A DNA stretch of 64,000 nt, taken from positions 4,434,327 through 4,498,326 of the forward strand of contig OZ243956.1 in assembly GCA_965214405.1 (NCBI GenBank), given 5' to 3'. Positions 1-10,225 of this stretch are shown in pieces. The stretch comes from Trueperaceae bacterium. GTDB lineage: Bacteria; Deinococcota; Deinococci; Deinococcales; Trueperaceae. The position numbers were made by a program, and so were the translations under genes. Numbering within the stretch: position 1 is the stretch's first letter; each line of letters starts with the position of its first letter. A model generated the notes under the pieces. That model was not told the origin of the DNA. It made no database searches and saw nothing but the letters and a program-made list of their open reading frames with translations.

Positions 1-1015
1 CCTCGGTAATGGTCTCTGTTACCAGTTCTACATTCGGCTGGGTCAAGGCGGAATAATAGTCGTCGCTGACCAGGATGCGCTTGCAGCCGATGCGGTAGTC
101 CGGGAGGAGTTTGGCGCGCAACGCGGGGTCCTGAACCTGCGCTTCTAAGTGTGCCCTCGCCGCCTTTTCGACGAGTTTGTTCATTCCCGGTTTTGAAAAC
201 CCGAAATGCCGGAACTCGGCCATTGCGAAAACCCAGGTTCTCGAGACCTTTTGCAAGAAGGGAAAGCGGCGAAAGAGTCGCCGCCGCCGCTCGCTCGTGG
301 GCGCGTCGCCGCGCGGGACGATCCAGGGCGGCGTGCGCTGAAATACCGTAAGGTGACCCACCTCCTTTTGCAGCTCCGGCACGAACTGGATCGCGGACGC
401 GCCCGTGCCGATGACCCCGACGCGCTTGCCGCGCAGGTCGACACGGTGGTCCCAACGCGCGGAGTGAAACTTCACGCCCTCAAACGCGTCGAGCCCCGGA
501 ATCCTGGGCCACTTGGGCGCGTTCAAGGGACCGTGGCCGGACACCAGGAAACGGGCGGTAAAGCCCCCGCCGCTCGTCTCGAGCCGCCAAAGCGCATCAT
601 TATCGTCCCAAACGGCCTCCTTGACCTCGTGCTGCAACCGGAGGTGCGGCCTGAGCCCGTAGTCGTCGGCGCAGCTTTTGAGATACGCCAGAATCTCGGG
701 CTGGCGCGCGTAGGTGTGCGACCAGTCGGGGTTGGGCGCGAACGAGAACGAGTAGAGGTCGCTTTTGATGTCGCAGGCGCAGCCGGGATAGGTGTTGTCA
801 AACCAGGTGCCGCCGACCTCGGGGTCGCGCTCGAGCACCACAAAATCGTCCATCCCCCGTTTCTTGAGCTTGATCGCCATGCCCAACCCCGCAAACCCCG
901 CGCCGATGATGGCTGTGTGAAAATGGGTGCGAGAGTCGGTGTGAGGGCCGGTACGAAAATTCGTATAAAAGCCTGCGTGAACGTGAGCGGGCTGCGTTTC
1001 CTCTTGGTGCGTCAT
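1..1015 (-). CDS. Flavin-containing (Baeyer-Villiger type) monooxygenase, 3' end runs off the window
   Basis: Not in the ORF track because it has no stop in the window. Manual translation from ATG 1015 gives AIIGAGFAGL (FAD GxGxxG), GGTWFDNTYPGCACD, FHSARWD (BVMO fingerprint) and VIGTGASAIQ. The start overlaps the stop of the upstream hydrolase (ATGA). Confidence 0.9.
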   Translation of the reverse strand, partial: MTHQEETQPAHVHAGFYTNFRTGPHTDSRTHFHTAIIGAGFAGLGMAIKLKKRGMDDFVVLERDPEVGGTWFDNTYPGCACDIKSDLYSFSFAPNPDWSHTYARQPEILAYLKSCADDYGLRPHLRLQHEVKEAVWDDNDALWRLETSGGGFTARFLVSGHGPLNAPKWPRIPGLDAFEGVKFHSARWDHRVDLRGKRVGVIGTGASAIQFVPELQKEVGHLTVFQRTPPWIVPRGDAPTSERRRRLFRRFPFLQKVSRTWVFAMAEFRHFGFSKPGMNKLVEKAARAHLEAQVQDPALRAKLLPDYRIGCKRILVSDDYYSALTQPNVELVTETITE

Positions 1016-1887
1016 GGGTGCGCCTCCGACAAAAAGTCCAAAACGAGGGTGTTAAATGCGTTAGAGCGCTCGAGCTGCGGCAGGTGGCCCGTCTCGTGAA
1101 ACAGGTGCGTGCGGGCGTGCGGGTAGAGCTTGGCGGCCTCCGGCAGGTGCGCGGCGGGGAGGATGAGGTCGTTTTCGCCCCATAGGATGAGCGTGGGCAG
1201 CTTCTGGGCGGCGAGGCGGCGGCTCAAACGCGCGCGCCACGCGGCCCTGACGCCGAACGGGGTGCCGAGGGCGCGGGTAAGGGAAAGAAACGCGCGCGCC
1301 GCGCCGGGCTGTTGGGCGAGCTCGAGCGCCTGGTCGATGCGCGCCTCTGTCGCCAAGGCGGGATCAAAAAAGAGGCTCCTGACGGTGTTCTCGGCGCTGC
1401 GGCGGCTCGGCTTCATCAAGAGCTCGCCGAGACCGGGCACCGTCACGAGGCGCAGGGCGAGGGTGACCTCGCGCCCAAACCCCGCACTCGCCACCAGCAC
1501 GAGCCGCCGCGCGCGCTCCGGTCGCGCCGCCGCAAAGGTTTGCGCGACCGCGCCGCCCAGCGAATTACCCACAAGCGTGACGGGCCGCGTCTCGCTGAGA
1601 GCGTCCAAAAGGTCCCCCACAAAATGCGCCAAACCTGCCAGCGTATAAGGCCCGCGCGGTTTGTCGGTGTAGCCGAAGCCGACGAGATCGGGCGCGATCA
1701 CGCGGTACCGGGCGGCGAGCGCGTCGACCGTCTCCGACCAATCCTCCAAGGAGCGCCCGAGACCGTGTAGGAGTACCACAGGCGGACCCTCACCGGAGAC
1801 GCGCGCGCGCGTGCGGACGCCGCGAACGGAGCACCACCGGACGTCCCCCTCCTCCTGCCCCACCCCTGATGCGCCTCTACTACTCAC
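1012..1887 (-). CDS. Alpha/beta fold hydrolase (esterase-like), coupled to the monooxygenase
   Basis: VLLHGLG, GNSLGG nucleophile elbow, WGENDLI, GHLPQLE. Start placed at GTG 1887 behind GGAGG; the exact start is uncertain. Confidence 0.88.
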   Translation of the reverse strand: MSSRGASGVGQEEGDVRWCSVRGVRTRARVSGEGPPVVLLHGLGRSLEDWSETVDALAARYRVIAPDLVGFGYTDKPRGPYTLAGLAHFVGDLLDALSETRPVTLVGNSLGGAVAQTFAAARPERARRLVLVASAGFGREVTLALRLVTVPGLGELLMKPSRRSAENTVRSLFFDPALATEARIDQALELAQQPGAARAFLSLTRALGTPFGVRAAWRARLSRRLAAQKLPTLILWGENDLILPAAHLPEAAKLYPHARTHLFHETGHLPQLERSNAFNTLVLDFLSEAHP

Positions 1888-2094
1888 CCTCACCTCCTCC
1901 ACACACCCACGCCACACAGCTTCACTATGGCGGATAGCTGATAGTTTATCACGTAAATGGTATGTAAATGTGCGACTGGTCGCACCGTCCAAAGCTCAGC
2001 GTGAGGAATTCAAAGGGGTTGTATCTTGTACTGGGATTGTGCCGGGAGCGCCCGTAGCCTCACATTAAGATTTCCAATGAGCAGGCGACATATG

Positions 2095-2124
2095 AAAAGG
2101 GGCACCTGTGCAGGTGCCCCTTTC
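2095..2124 (-). terminator. Intrinsic terminator after the collagen-like gene
   Basis: AAAGGGGCACCTG-TG-CAGGTGCCCCTTT perfect inverted repeat followed by a T-tract on the minus strand. Confidence 0.75.
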
Positions 2125-2169
2125 TCAGGATTTTTCAGGACGTAGCCTTGTGTCTTCGCCCCTAATCCT

Positions 2170-5100
2170 CTACCTGAGGTCTAGCGTAAAGGTTTCACCC
2201 GCCACGACCTCGACTTCGTCTTCGATGCTCTCGCCGCTCACCGTCGTGGTGATAACGTAAACGCCGGGCTCGAGCTCGGTCAAGTCTTGACTGCCGGTCA
2301 GCTCTTCCTCATAGCCGCCGGGGCCTGTAATGACGAACGTCGTGTCGTCGGGAACGGTGACGGTGAGGTTGCCCAGTTCCTGGGTGCTGCCTGTTACCGT
2401 ACCACCTGTTGCGCCGCCGGTTTGAGCGCCACCTGTGGCGGCACCTCCGGTCTCGCTACCCGTCTGGACTCTGAGCGTGGCAGCGCCGCCCGTGGTGGCC
2501 GTGGCGGCACCACCCGTTGCCGCGCCGCCTGTTGCTGAACCGCCCGTCATCATGCCCCCGGTCATCGCGCCGCCCGTTGCCGCGCCGCTTGTAACGTCGA
2601 GCGTGGCGATTTCACCGCTTATAACCTCGACGTCTCGCTCGACGCGTTCACCTTGTACGGTGAGCACGATTCTGTAGACGCCCACCTCGAGGTCGCTGAG
2701 CTCCTGGTTTCCCCTGAGGTTTTGCTCATAACCTCCGGGACCCGTGATGACGTAGGACGTGGCGGCGGGTACAACGAGGGTAAGGTTACCGACTTCACCC
2801 TGTGCGCCGCCTGTGACACCTATCGGAGTACCACCCGTGACGTCCGTTTGTGTGCCGCCTGTGGTGCCACCCGTCTGAGCGCTAGGGACGAGCGCGCCGC
2901 CCGTTTGAGCGCCACCGGTTTGAGCGCCACCCGTGGTGCTGACTTGTGCGCCGCCCGTCACGCTGCCCGTTTGCACTTCGTCGCGCGTGTTCACGCAGAT
3001 CGCGTAAACCGTGAACGTTTGCGCTTCGGTGCTGTCGTTCTGGAGCGAAATCTGCCAGGCGTCGTCCTGCGGGTACGTGTTGTACACGCGGAGCTCGAGC
3101 GCGCCTTGCACCCCGCCACCGACCGGCGATTTGCCGTCGGGGCACTGTACAGCCAGTTCCGCGGGCGTAAGCGCCTCGACCGAGGTGGGGCCGCTGGCGA
3201 CCACTTCGTAGCCGAGCACACCGGCTGGGCCCGCGGGGCCGCGTTCACCCTGGGGACCCGTGGCTCCGGCTGGACCCTCTGGACCCGCCGGGCCTCGAGC
3301 GCCTTCAGGACCCGCCGGGCCTATGGGACCCGTTTCGCCTTGAGGACCCGCCGGGCCTCTCTCGCCCTGCGGACCTTCGGGACCGGCTGGGCCGCTGGGA
3401 CCTGTTGCACCTTGCGGTCCCCTTTCACCTTGCTCGCCCTGCTCACCTTGTGGACCCGCTGGACCTGCACCACCTGTTTCACCCTGCGGTCCAGGCGGAC
3501 CCGCCGGTCCTACGCCCCCTGTGTCACCTTGCGGACCCCGAGGACCTGCCGGGCCGATAGGACCCGTTTCGCCCTGTGGGCCTACGCCACCCGTGTCACC
3601 CTGAGGACCCTGGGGTCCCTGCTCACCTTGAGGACCGGGAGGACCTGCTGGACCCGCCCCGCCTGTTTCGCCTTGCGGACCGGGAGGACCCACAGGGCCT
3701 GTTGCTCCCGTTTCCCCCTGCTCGCCTTGAGGACCCACAGGACCGATAGGCCCTTCGCCACCCGATTCACCTTGGGGTCCGGGAGGTCCGGGAGGACCCG
3801 CGGGACCTTCAGCGCCGGTAGGCCCAACGCCACCCGTGTCACCTTGCGGACCGGCAGGACCACGTGGACCCTCGGGACCCACGGGACCGCGAGGACCGGC
3901 AGGTCCTGCGCCCCCTGTATCACCTTGCGGACCGGCAGGGCCTTCTGGACCCATAGGTCCCACGGGTCCTATACCGCCCGATTCACCCTGGGGACCGGGA
4001 GGACCGACAGGACCTGTTGCGCCCGTCTCGCCCGTCTCGCCTTGCGGCCCCTGCTCGCCTGTCTCGCCCTGTTCACCCTGCGGTCCAGGTGGACCCACGG
4101 GACCTTCGCCACCCGTCTCACCTTGGGGGCCTGCCTCGCCTTGAGGTCCAGGAGGGCCGGGAGGACCTGCCGGTCCCGCGCCGCCTGTGTCACCCTGGGG
4201 TCCTTGAGGACCCGCCGGGCCGATAGGACCAGTAGAACCCGTCTCGCCCTGCGGGCCTACACCACCTGTTTCACCTTGTGGACCTTGCTCACCCTGAGGA
4301 CCGGGAGGGCCTGCTGGACCCGCCCCACCTGTGTCACCTTGCGGACCCTGAGGACCCGCCGGGCCGATGGGACCAGTTGCACCCGTTTCGCCCTGTGGGC
4401 CTACGCCACCCGATTCACCCTGGGGTCCCTGCTCACCTTGGGGTCCGGCAGGACCGCGAGGGCCGACAGGTCCTGTTGCGCCCGTTTCACCTTGCTCACC
4501 CTGGGGTCCGGGAGGACCCGCTGGACCCGCGCCCCCTGTATCACCTTGCGGTCCCGCCGGGCCTCGAGGACCCACCGGACCGATAGGACCCGCGCCGCCC
4601 GTTTCACCTTGCGGTCCGGGAGGGCCGGGAGGACCTTGTTCGCCCTGAGGGCCAGTCGCACCCGTCTCGCCTTGTGGTCCCTCTTGACCCGCCGGGCCTC
4701 GAGGACCCACCGGACCGATAGGCCCAGTACCACCTGTCTCGCCCTGAGGACCAGTCGCACCCTGAGGACCAGTCGGTCCGGGAGGACCCTGCTGACCCGC
4801 GGGTCCAGGAGGACCGGGAGGGCCAGGAGGACCCGCCGGTCCCGGCGGACCTTGCGGAACTTGAATGGTTGCGTCTACTTCGGCGGGAACCGTTTGAGCG
4901 CCCTCGAGCGCCCCCACCGCCACCAGGGCCGTATCAAACCTGGCGACACCTCCCGACACGACCTCGACCCTCTGCTCGATTGGCTCATAGCCCTCGAGTG
5001 TGGCGGTGATGATATACGTTCCTACGGATAGACCTGTAAGCGTCTGATTTCCGGTGAACGTCTCTGCGTACCCGTCGGGACCCGTGACCGTAACCACAGC

Positions 5101-5268
5101 CTCCGCCGGTGCAACGATGATGTCGAGGTCGCCCACATCCTGTGCGAGCGCCGTCCCGAACACCAGCAGAACCGTCATGAGCCACCACCGCACGGTATGT
5201 CCAACCGCGTTTCCGACCGCGCTAAAAGAACGCGGAGGCGCGCTGGCTCGTCTTAAAGACTCCTTCAC
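2170..5268 (-). CDS. Secreted collagen-like protein with PEGA-like domains
   Basis: Signal peptide ([11 protein letters not shown]), N-terminal PEGA-like domain, long Gly-X-Y tract, a CPDG..VGGG..W..YAIC domain, TGG-rich linkers and two more PEGA-like repeats. Confidence 0.9.
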   Translation of the reverse strand: MKESLRRASAPPRSFSAVGNAVGHTVRWWLMTVLLVFGTALAQDVGDLDIIVAPAEAVVTVTGPDGYAETFTGNQTLTGLSVGTYIITATLEGYEPIEQRVEVVSGGVARFDTALVAVGALEGAQTVPAEVDATIQVPQGPPGPAGPPGPPGPPGPAGQQGPPGPTGPQGATGPQGETGGTGPIGPVGPRGPAGQEGPQGETGATGPQGEQGPPGPPGPQGETGGAGPIGPVGPRGPAGPQGDTGGAGPAGPPGPQGEQGETGATGPVGPRGPAGPQGEQGPQGESGGVGPQGETGATGPIGPAGPQGPQGDTGGAGPAGPPGPQGEQGPQGETGGVGPQGETGSTGPIGPAGPQGPQGDTGGAGPAGPPGPPGPQGEAGPQGETGGEGPVGPPGPQGEQGETGEQGPQGETGETGATGPVGPPGPQGESGGIGPVGPMGPEGPAGPQGDTGGAGPAGPRGPVGPEGPRGPAGPQGDTGGVGPTGAEGPAGPPGPPGPQGESGGEGPIGPVGPQGEQGETGATGPVGPPGPQGETGGAGPAGPPGPQGEQGPQGPQGDTGGVGPQGETGPIGPAGPRGPQGDTGGVGPAGPPGPQGETGGAGPAGPQGEQGEQGERGPQGATGPSGPAGPEGPQGERGPAGPQGETGPIGPAGPEGARGPAGPEGPAGATGPQGERGPAGPAGVLGYEVVASGPTSVEALTPAELAVQCPDGKSPVGGGVQGALELRVYNTYPQDDAWQISLQNDSTEAQTFTVYAICVNTRDEVQTGSVTGGAQVSTTGGAQTGGAQTGGALVPSAQTGGTTGGTQTDVTGGTPIGVTGGAQGEVGNLTLVVPAATSYVITGPGGYEQNLRGNQELSDLEVGVYRIVLTVQGERVERDVEVISGEIATLDVTSGAATGGAMTGGMMTGGSATGGAATGGAATATTGGAATLRVQTGSETGGAATGGAQTGGATGGTVTGSTQELGNLTVTVPDDTTFVITGPGGYEEELTGSQDLTELEPGVYVITTTVSGESIEDEVEVVAGETFTLDLR
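3214..4851 (-). repeat. Collagen Gly-X-Y tract, 1638 nt = 182 triplets
   Basis: Runs from GPP at 4851 to GVL at 3214; the length is an exact multiple of 9; recurring units [15 protein letters not shown]. Confidence 0.9.
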
Positions 5269-5399
5269 GCTTGTTCCCCCTTTCGTGATTTTGTGATGAG
5301 TATTGAGGAAAACTCACCTTTTCCAAACGTAAGCCAAGTGACGCTCTCACACTGCTACGCAGCACGCATTGTTGCGTTTGAGAAGTTGTTAAGTAGCCC

Positions 5400-6200
5400 C
5401 TAAGGGCTGATGGGCGCGCCCAATCCCACCTCGTCAAAAAGCTCTTTGAGCATCGCCAAATTCTTGAGCGCGTGCCCCTTGGTGGTGTTTTGCAGGAGCA
5501 AATAAACCTGGCTTAGCGCGTCCTTATGTGCGTCAATGGCGAGCGCCCATTCCTTTAATTCGTCAGGCGTGTAGAGGTAGTCATGCCGCTCGGCGGCGCT
5601 TCGGCCATCCCACCACGTTTTCTGGTTGCGCCCGTGGAGGCGGATGTAGGCAGTGTCGGAGGTGACGTGCAAGCCCGAAGCGGGCAGACCGGGCAGCGGC
5701 GGGTAGTCCACGCTCACATAGATGAGCCCGAACTCCTTTAACGACTCGCGCACCTCGTCAAGGTCCCAGTCGTCGGTGCGGAACTCGAGCGCCAACCTCT
5801 CACCCTCAAAGTGCTTGATGAGGTTTAACAAATACTTACGGTTGTCCGCCGTGCGGTGAAACGAATAGGGGAACTGCGCCAGAAAGGGTCCTAGCATCCC
5901 CGCTTCGCGTAAGGGGTGGACGGACTCGAGCATCCTTTTGTACATCTCTTCGTCCGCGTCGCGGGAGTGCGTCATCGACCTGTGCAGCTTGACCGCGAAG
6001 CGCACCCTTCCCTCGCTCTTGCGGACCATGCCCGCGAACGCCTTTGTGCCGGGGATGTTGTAAAACGACGAGTTGAGTTCGACGGCGTTGAAGTGCTGCG
6101 CGTAAATCTTGAGATAGTCCGCCGACTTGGTGCCCTCGGGGTAGAGGAGCCCGAGCCAGTCGTCGTTGGAGTAGCCGCCGGTGCCGAGATAGAGTTCCAT
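5400..6200 (-). CDS. DUF72 (YecE-like) family protein
   Basis: YLGTGGYS, FNAVELNSSFY, FAVKL, LAQFPYSF, LEFR, YIRLHGRN, DYLY motifs. Confidence 0.9.
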   Translation of the reverse strand: MELYLGTGGYSNDDWLGLLYPEGTKSADYLKIYAQHFNAVELNSSFYNIPGTKAFAGMVRKSEGRVRFAVKLHRSMTHSRDADEEMYKRMLESVHPLREAGMLGPFLAQFPYSFHRTADNRKYLLNLIKHFEGERLALEFRTDDWDLDEVRESLKEFGLIYVSVDYPPLPGLPASGLHVTSDTAYIRLHGRNQKTWWDGRSAAERHDYLYTPDELKEWALAIDAHKDALSQVYLLLQNTTKGHALKNLAMLKELFDEVGLGAPISP

Positions 6201-6391
6201 CAAATAACCTTCCTCCTACGTAGCCGAGAAAAATCGTGACTTCTCTATGGAATAATTTATACCTATAACTCTCTCATCAGTGCCAATATGGTTGGTACCT
6301 ATAGACGGGACGGCCCAAACCTCCCTATGACGATGGGTGGACGGGGCAACGTGTGGTGGTTTCCCTGCGCTAGATGATTAGGAGGCACGTG

Positions 6392-7213
6392 ATGAGCATA
6401 GCCCTTTCGGACATTATCAGCGTTGAAGACCCAACAAAGTTTAAGTTGCACCTCGCCTGCTGGAACCAGGATGTTCAGCCGCTTGAAGTTTTTGTGCGCG
6501 ATAGGGCGGAGTGGAACGACTGGAACCGGTGGCGCAGCGCGAAAGACGAGTTTAACCGCGATTATATTTTTTCCCTCATCGACTTCTATCACGAGCCCGG
6601 AATCTGGCTTTTCGGCGGCGTTTTCCGCGTGCTGTCGCGCAAACCGGAGAACTACGCACACAGCTACGAGATTGCTTTAGACCCTGGCACACAAGACTAC
6701 ATCGGCAGGCTCAAGGTCAAACTGAAGCGCCCTGGCCGCGCGCGCGTGCTAAAGCTCGAGAACTACTATCCCTCAATTCTAGTCTCGGAAATCTTGAAAG
6801 AGCCCTATTTGGGTGACGTTTTCTGTGGGTACGAAAACATCAATCACGATTTCACCCGCTTGGAAGCCGTCTACAAGAACCAGAAGAGTGACTGGAAGGC
6901 CGCACTAGAGAACGTCAAGGGCGTTTATCTTATTGCTGACAAGAGCAACGGCAAGAAGTACGTGGGCTCCGCCTATGGTGATTTCGGCCTCTGGTCTCGG
7001 TGGGCTTGCTACATCGGCACAGGCCACGGCTGGAACGACGAGCTCACCAAGCTTGTCGCTCAGGAGGGCCTTGAGTACGCCAGAAAGAACTTCAGGTTCT
7101 CGCTGCTCGAGTACCGGTCCATGAAAACGAACGACAGCGTCATCATCCAGAGAGAGGGTTATTGGAAGGAAGCCCTGCTGACTCGGGGAAGTTTCGGCTA
7201 TAACCAAAACTAG
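6392..7213 (+). CDS. GIY-YIG nuclease family protein
   Basis: C-terminal GVYLIADKSNGKKYVGSAYG..RW..Y and REGYWK..L..GYN; AGGAGG SD at 6380-6385; lower GC than flanks. Confidence 0.85.
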   Translation: MSIALSDIISVEDPTKFKLHLACWNQDVQPLEVFVRDRAEWNDWNRWRSAKDEFNRDYIFSLIDFYHEPGIWLFGGVFRVLSRKPENYAHSYEIALDPGTQDYIGRLKVKLKRPGRARVLKLENYYPSILVSEILKEPYLGDVFCGYENINHDFTRLEAVYKNQKSDWKAALENVKGVYLIADKSNGKKYVGSAYGDFGLWSRWACYIGTGHGWNDELTKLVAQEGLEYARKNFRFSLLEYRSMKTNDSVIIQREGYWKEALLTRGSFGYNQN

Positions 7214-7241
7214 TGAGGCAAGGATTCAAGTTTATTGACCT

Positions 7242-7931
7242 TTAGTCGCCAGCCTGTTGCAGGGCTGGACTTTGCCCCGTTTGTAGCTCGAGCTCCGGCC
7301 GCCAAAGATACGTGGCGACGCGCGAAGCGAGAACCGCCCCGGCGACGGGGGCCAACCAGTAGAGCCAGTGGTGCGTCCAAAGGCCCCCAAACAGCGCGGG
7401 CGCAAAGCTTCTCGCGGGGTTCATCGACGCGCCCGTGAGCGCGCCGCCAGCGACGGCGCAAAGGGTCACGGTGAAACCGATATAAAGACCCGCCTGCGCT
7501 TGTTTCTGGATCACACAGGCGGCGATCACGAACATAAGAAAGAACGTCAGGATGATTTCGATGGCGACGGCCTGAAAGACGCTCACGTCAGCCGCGGGCA
7601 GGGTCGCGCCGTAGTGAACGGAGGCCAAGCGTTCCGCGCCGTAAAAGAGCCGCAGGGAGAACACGGCGGCCACTGCCCCCGAAAGTTCGGCGCTCCAGTA
7701 CAGCAGAAGCTCACGAAAGCCGATGCGCCGCATTGCCCAAAAGCCGACCGTCACGGCGGGGTTGAAGTGGGCAAAGGAAAGAGCGCCCACAGCCGCAATC
7801 ATGACGGCAACTGTGAACCCAAACGCCAGGGCGACGGCCAACCCGCCCGCGCCCGACGCCAGCGCCGCGATGCCGACGAACACGAGGGCGAAGGTGCCGA
7901 TAAATTCGGCCAGCCAGATTCTAAAACTCAT
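7242..7931 (-). CDS. MIP/aquaporin family channel in an ars operon (probable arsenite efflux)
   Basis: Two NPA motifs (HFNPAVT, SMNPARS), AEFIGTF, six hydrophobic segments; overlaps the arsC stop. Confidence 0.9.
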   Translation of the reverse strand: MSFRIWLAEFIGTFALVFVGIAALASGAGGLAVALAFGFTVAVMIAAVGALSFAHFNPAVTVGFWAMRRIGFRELLLYWSAELSGAVAAVFSLRLFYGAERLASVHYGATLPAADVSVFQAVAIEIILTFFLMFVIAACVIQKQAQAGLYIGFTVTLCAVAGGALTGASMNPARSFAPALFGGLWTHHWLYWLAPVAGAVLASRVATYLWRPELELQTGQSPALQQAGD

Positions 7932-8377
7932 ATTGGTATGGGCGGCGTCAGCGCGTCTTCTGTGGGTACGCGGCCCGCCTCGAGCGTCTCAACAAGAATC
8001 TTGCAGCTCTCGCCCAGGGCGTCACGCACCTCACGCCACCTTTCCAGCCCTTCGCTCGAGGGGTCGGGGAACGAGACGTGCAGGCGGGTTGTCGTGGCGG
8101 GGTAGACGGGGCACGCTTCGTTCGCAGCGTCGCAAACGGTCATCACCACGTCGAACCCAACCTCGGGCAGCTCCGCCAAGGTCTTGGAGGTGTGATGACT
8201 TATGTCAATCCCGACTTCTTTCATGACCGTCACCGCATGGGGCTTGACAAAGGTTTTTTCCGTCCCCGCCGAGAACACTTCCGCGTCCAGGCCGCACTCA
8301 GCCGCGTAGTGTCTGAGCCACCCTTCCGCCATCTGGCTGCGGGCGGAGTTATGGGTACACAAAACGAGCAGGCGCAC
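7928..8377 (-). CDS. arsC: Arsenate reductase, LMW-PTP/thioredoxin-coupled type
   Basis: LCTHNSARSQMAEG P-loop, VCDAANEACP, FPDPS. Confidence 0.9.
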   Translation of the reverse strand: MRLLVLCTHNSARSQMAEGWLRHYAAECGLDAEVFSAGTEKTFVKPHAVTVMKEVGIDISHHTSKTLAELPEVGFDVVMTVCDAANEACPVYPATTTRLHVSFPDPSSEGLERWREVRDALGESCKILVETLEAGRVPTEDALTPPIPI

Positions 8378-8686
8378 CTAAACACGCTCCTCTGCCACCG
8401 CTTCAAATTTCTCCAGGGCGTCTCTGACCGCTCTAAACGTAGAGGGCGCCAATTCATAAAACACCCAGCGCCCGCGCTTTTCTGCGGTGACGAAGCCTAA
8501 TTGCTCGAGCTGCTTCATGTGGTGGCTGATGGTGGGCTGGCTGAGCCCCAAAAAGGTCTCCAAGTCGCAGCCGCACACGCCCTCTTCGCGGGAGCAGCAG
8601 CTTTGGACGGGGTCGCGTAGGAATTCCAGGATGCTTAACCTGGTCGGGTCTGCGAGGACCTTGAGTTTGTCGGATAAATCACGCAT
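8378..8686 (-). CDS. arsR: ArsR/SmtB family repressor
   Basis: LADPTRLSIL, CCS..VCGCDL, LSQPTISHHMKQL, KRGRWVFY; first gene of the ars operon. Confidence 0.88.
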   Translation of the reverse strand: MRDLSDKLKVLADPTRLSILEFLRDPVQSCCSREEGVCGCDLETFLGLSQPTISHHMKQLEQLGFVTAEKRGRWVFYELAPSTFRAVRDALEKFEAVAEERV

Positions 8687-8736
8687 AGATAGCAGTCTAT
8701 TAATAGGTTGTCATCTATGTGTCATCTGCCAGGCCT

Positions 8737-8922
8737 CTCTTGCGGACCATGCCTGCGAACGCTTTATGTGCCGGGGATGTTGTAAAACGACGAATTGAGC
8801 CCAACGGTGTTGAAGTGTTGCGCGTAAATCTTGAGGTAATCCGCCAGCTTGGTGCCCTCGGGGTAGAGGGGCTCGAGCCAGTCGTCGTTGGCGTGGCCGC
8901 CTGTGCCGAGATAGAGTTCCAT
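8737..8922 (-). pseudogene. Degenerate duplicate of the 5' ~185 bp of the DUF72 gene
   Basis: Aligns by eye with 6017-6200 (GTGCCGAGATAGAGTTCCAT, GCGCGTAAATCTTGAG, GTGCCGGGGATGTTGTAAAACGACGA), with substitutions, a 1-bp indel and truncation. Confidence 0.85.
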
Positions 8923-9024
8923 TTAGGTGATACTGCCCCTCGCCATGCCTGTGTACGCTTCTTTCAACATGACTTCTCTCTCAACATGACTTCACAATAC
9001 ATGAGGTGTTCCTAACAAAATAGT

Positions 9025-9057
9025 TGACACTCCGTGTCATATCGGACGTACTAAAAT
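9025..9057 (+). promoter_or_regulatory. Palindromic operator TGACAC-TCC-GTGTCA and -10 TAAAAT of a leaderless GyrI-like gene
   Basis: Perfect 6-3-6 inverted repeat at 9025-9039; TAAAAT at 9052-9057, 6 nt before ATG 9064. Confidence 0.5.
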
Positions 9058-9063
9058 AGACGT

Positions 9064-9681
9064 ATGGAGAAAGTTGACTTCAAGAAAAGCCTCAAGCATC
9101 TCTACGCCCCCTCGACTAAAGACTTTGATGTTGTAGACGTGCCTGTTATGAACTACCTCATGATAGATGGACACGGCGACCCCAACACGGCGCAGGAATA
9201 TGAGGACGCACTCGAGACGCTTTACGCTGTGGCTTATAAGCTCAAGTTCGTGAGCAAGGCAAGCGCAAAAGATTATGTCGTTCCTCCCCTCGAGGGGTTG
9301 TGGTGGGCAGAAGATTACGGTAGCTTTACTCGAGGAGACAAGGGAACTTGGGACTGGACGATGATGATTATGGTGCCGGACTGGATAGACCGTGACGTGT
9401 TTAATAAAGCCCTCGAGAGCGTAAAGTCTACAAAAGATTTACCGTCACTCGACAAGCTACGCCTAGAATTACTCGCTGAGGGTGGCTGTGCTCAAATCAT
9501 GCACGTGGGCTCTTACGATGATGAGGCGCCTACCCTGGCTCGCCTACACAACGAATGGTTGCCCAAAAACGGCTATAGGGAGGCAGGGAAGCATCACGAA
9601 ATTTACATCAGCGACCCCAGAAAAGTACCTTCCCACAAACTGAAAACCGTACTTAGACAACCTGTCGAGAAAGTAGGGTGA
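9064..9681 (+). CDS. GyrI-like small-molecule-binding domain protein
   Basis: YLMIDGHGDPN, PPLEGLWW, WTMMI, QIMHVGSYDDE, HHEIYISDPR, LRQPV. Confidence 0.88.
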   Translation: MEKVDFKKSLKHLYAPSTKDFDVVDVPVMNYLMIDGHGDPNTAQEYEDALETLYAVAYKLKFVSKASAKDYVVPPLEGLWWAEDYGSFTRGDKGTWDWTMMIMVPDWIDRDVFNKALESVKSTKDLPSLDKLRLELLAEGGCAQIMHVGSYDDEAPTLARLHNEWLPKNGYREAGKHHEIYISDPRKVPSHKLKTVLRQPVEKVG

Positions 9682-10225
9682 AGGGGGTAAGCGGGGTGGT
9701 TAAGTTTCTGAGGTGCTGAATGAGAAGGTCGCCATCCTCGAGCCTTTTGGCTATATCCTTGATATCAATATAGTCGTTGTACCCCGTGGCCTCATACGCT
9801 TCATCAGGGCTCGCGCGGGTGAGTTCTTCAAAGGACATGTTCCCGTAATGGCTAATGGCGTAGTCCAAGCATTCCACATCCGATTCGCTTAGGAACTCGA
9901 GTCCGGGCTCCATTTTCGGTACAATGTAATAGTTCGATTTGATATCCATAGCCCTGCCAAACTCTTCCAAAAGCGCCGTATTAAAAGCAGGATGCCCGCA
10001 ATTTCTGACGGCTTTTAGGATGTCACAGGTCACAGAGGGGACGGGGCCATGTTTCATAGCGACGTAGTTATCGCCGCTAATAAAGCGCCCGTAGTGCTCG
10101 AGATGGCGCTTGTCGGCAAAATAGAGCACTTTTGAAATGGTGTGAAGAGTTGGTCTTGCCACTTTTGAAGCGACGTAAAGAACGGCGGCGAGAGCAGCGT
10201 CTTTGTCAAAATTGCAGTTTCTCAT
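9653..10225 (-). CDS. Panacea domain (DUF4065/SocA-like) antitoxin
   Basis: KVLYFADKRHLEHYGRFISGDNYVAMKHGPVPS matches the KLLYFAD..G.PI....Y.A..HGPVP pattern; lower GC. Confidence 0.8.
   Translation of the reverse strand: MRNCNFDKDAALAAVLYVASKVARPTLHTISKVLYFADKRHLEHYGRFISGDNYVAMKHGPVPSVTCDILKAVRNCGHPAFNTALLEEFGRAMDIKSNYYIVPKMEPGLEFLSESDVECLDYAISHYGNMSFEELTRASPDEAYEATGYNDYIDIKDIAKRLEDGDLLIQHLRNLTTPLTPFTLLSRQVV

Noticed and set aside
206..1099. 297-aa plus-strand ORF
   Set aside because: Antisense shadow of the minus-strand monooxygenase, which has clear family motifs.
2653..5031. 792-aa Arg/Thr-rich plus-strand ORF and other ORFs over the collagen tract
   Set aside because: Stop-free antisense and alternative frames produced by the GC-rich 9-bp periodic repeat.
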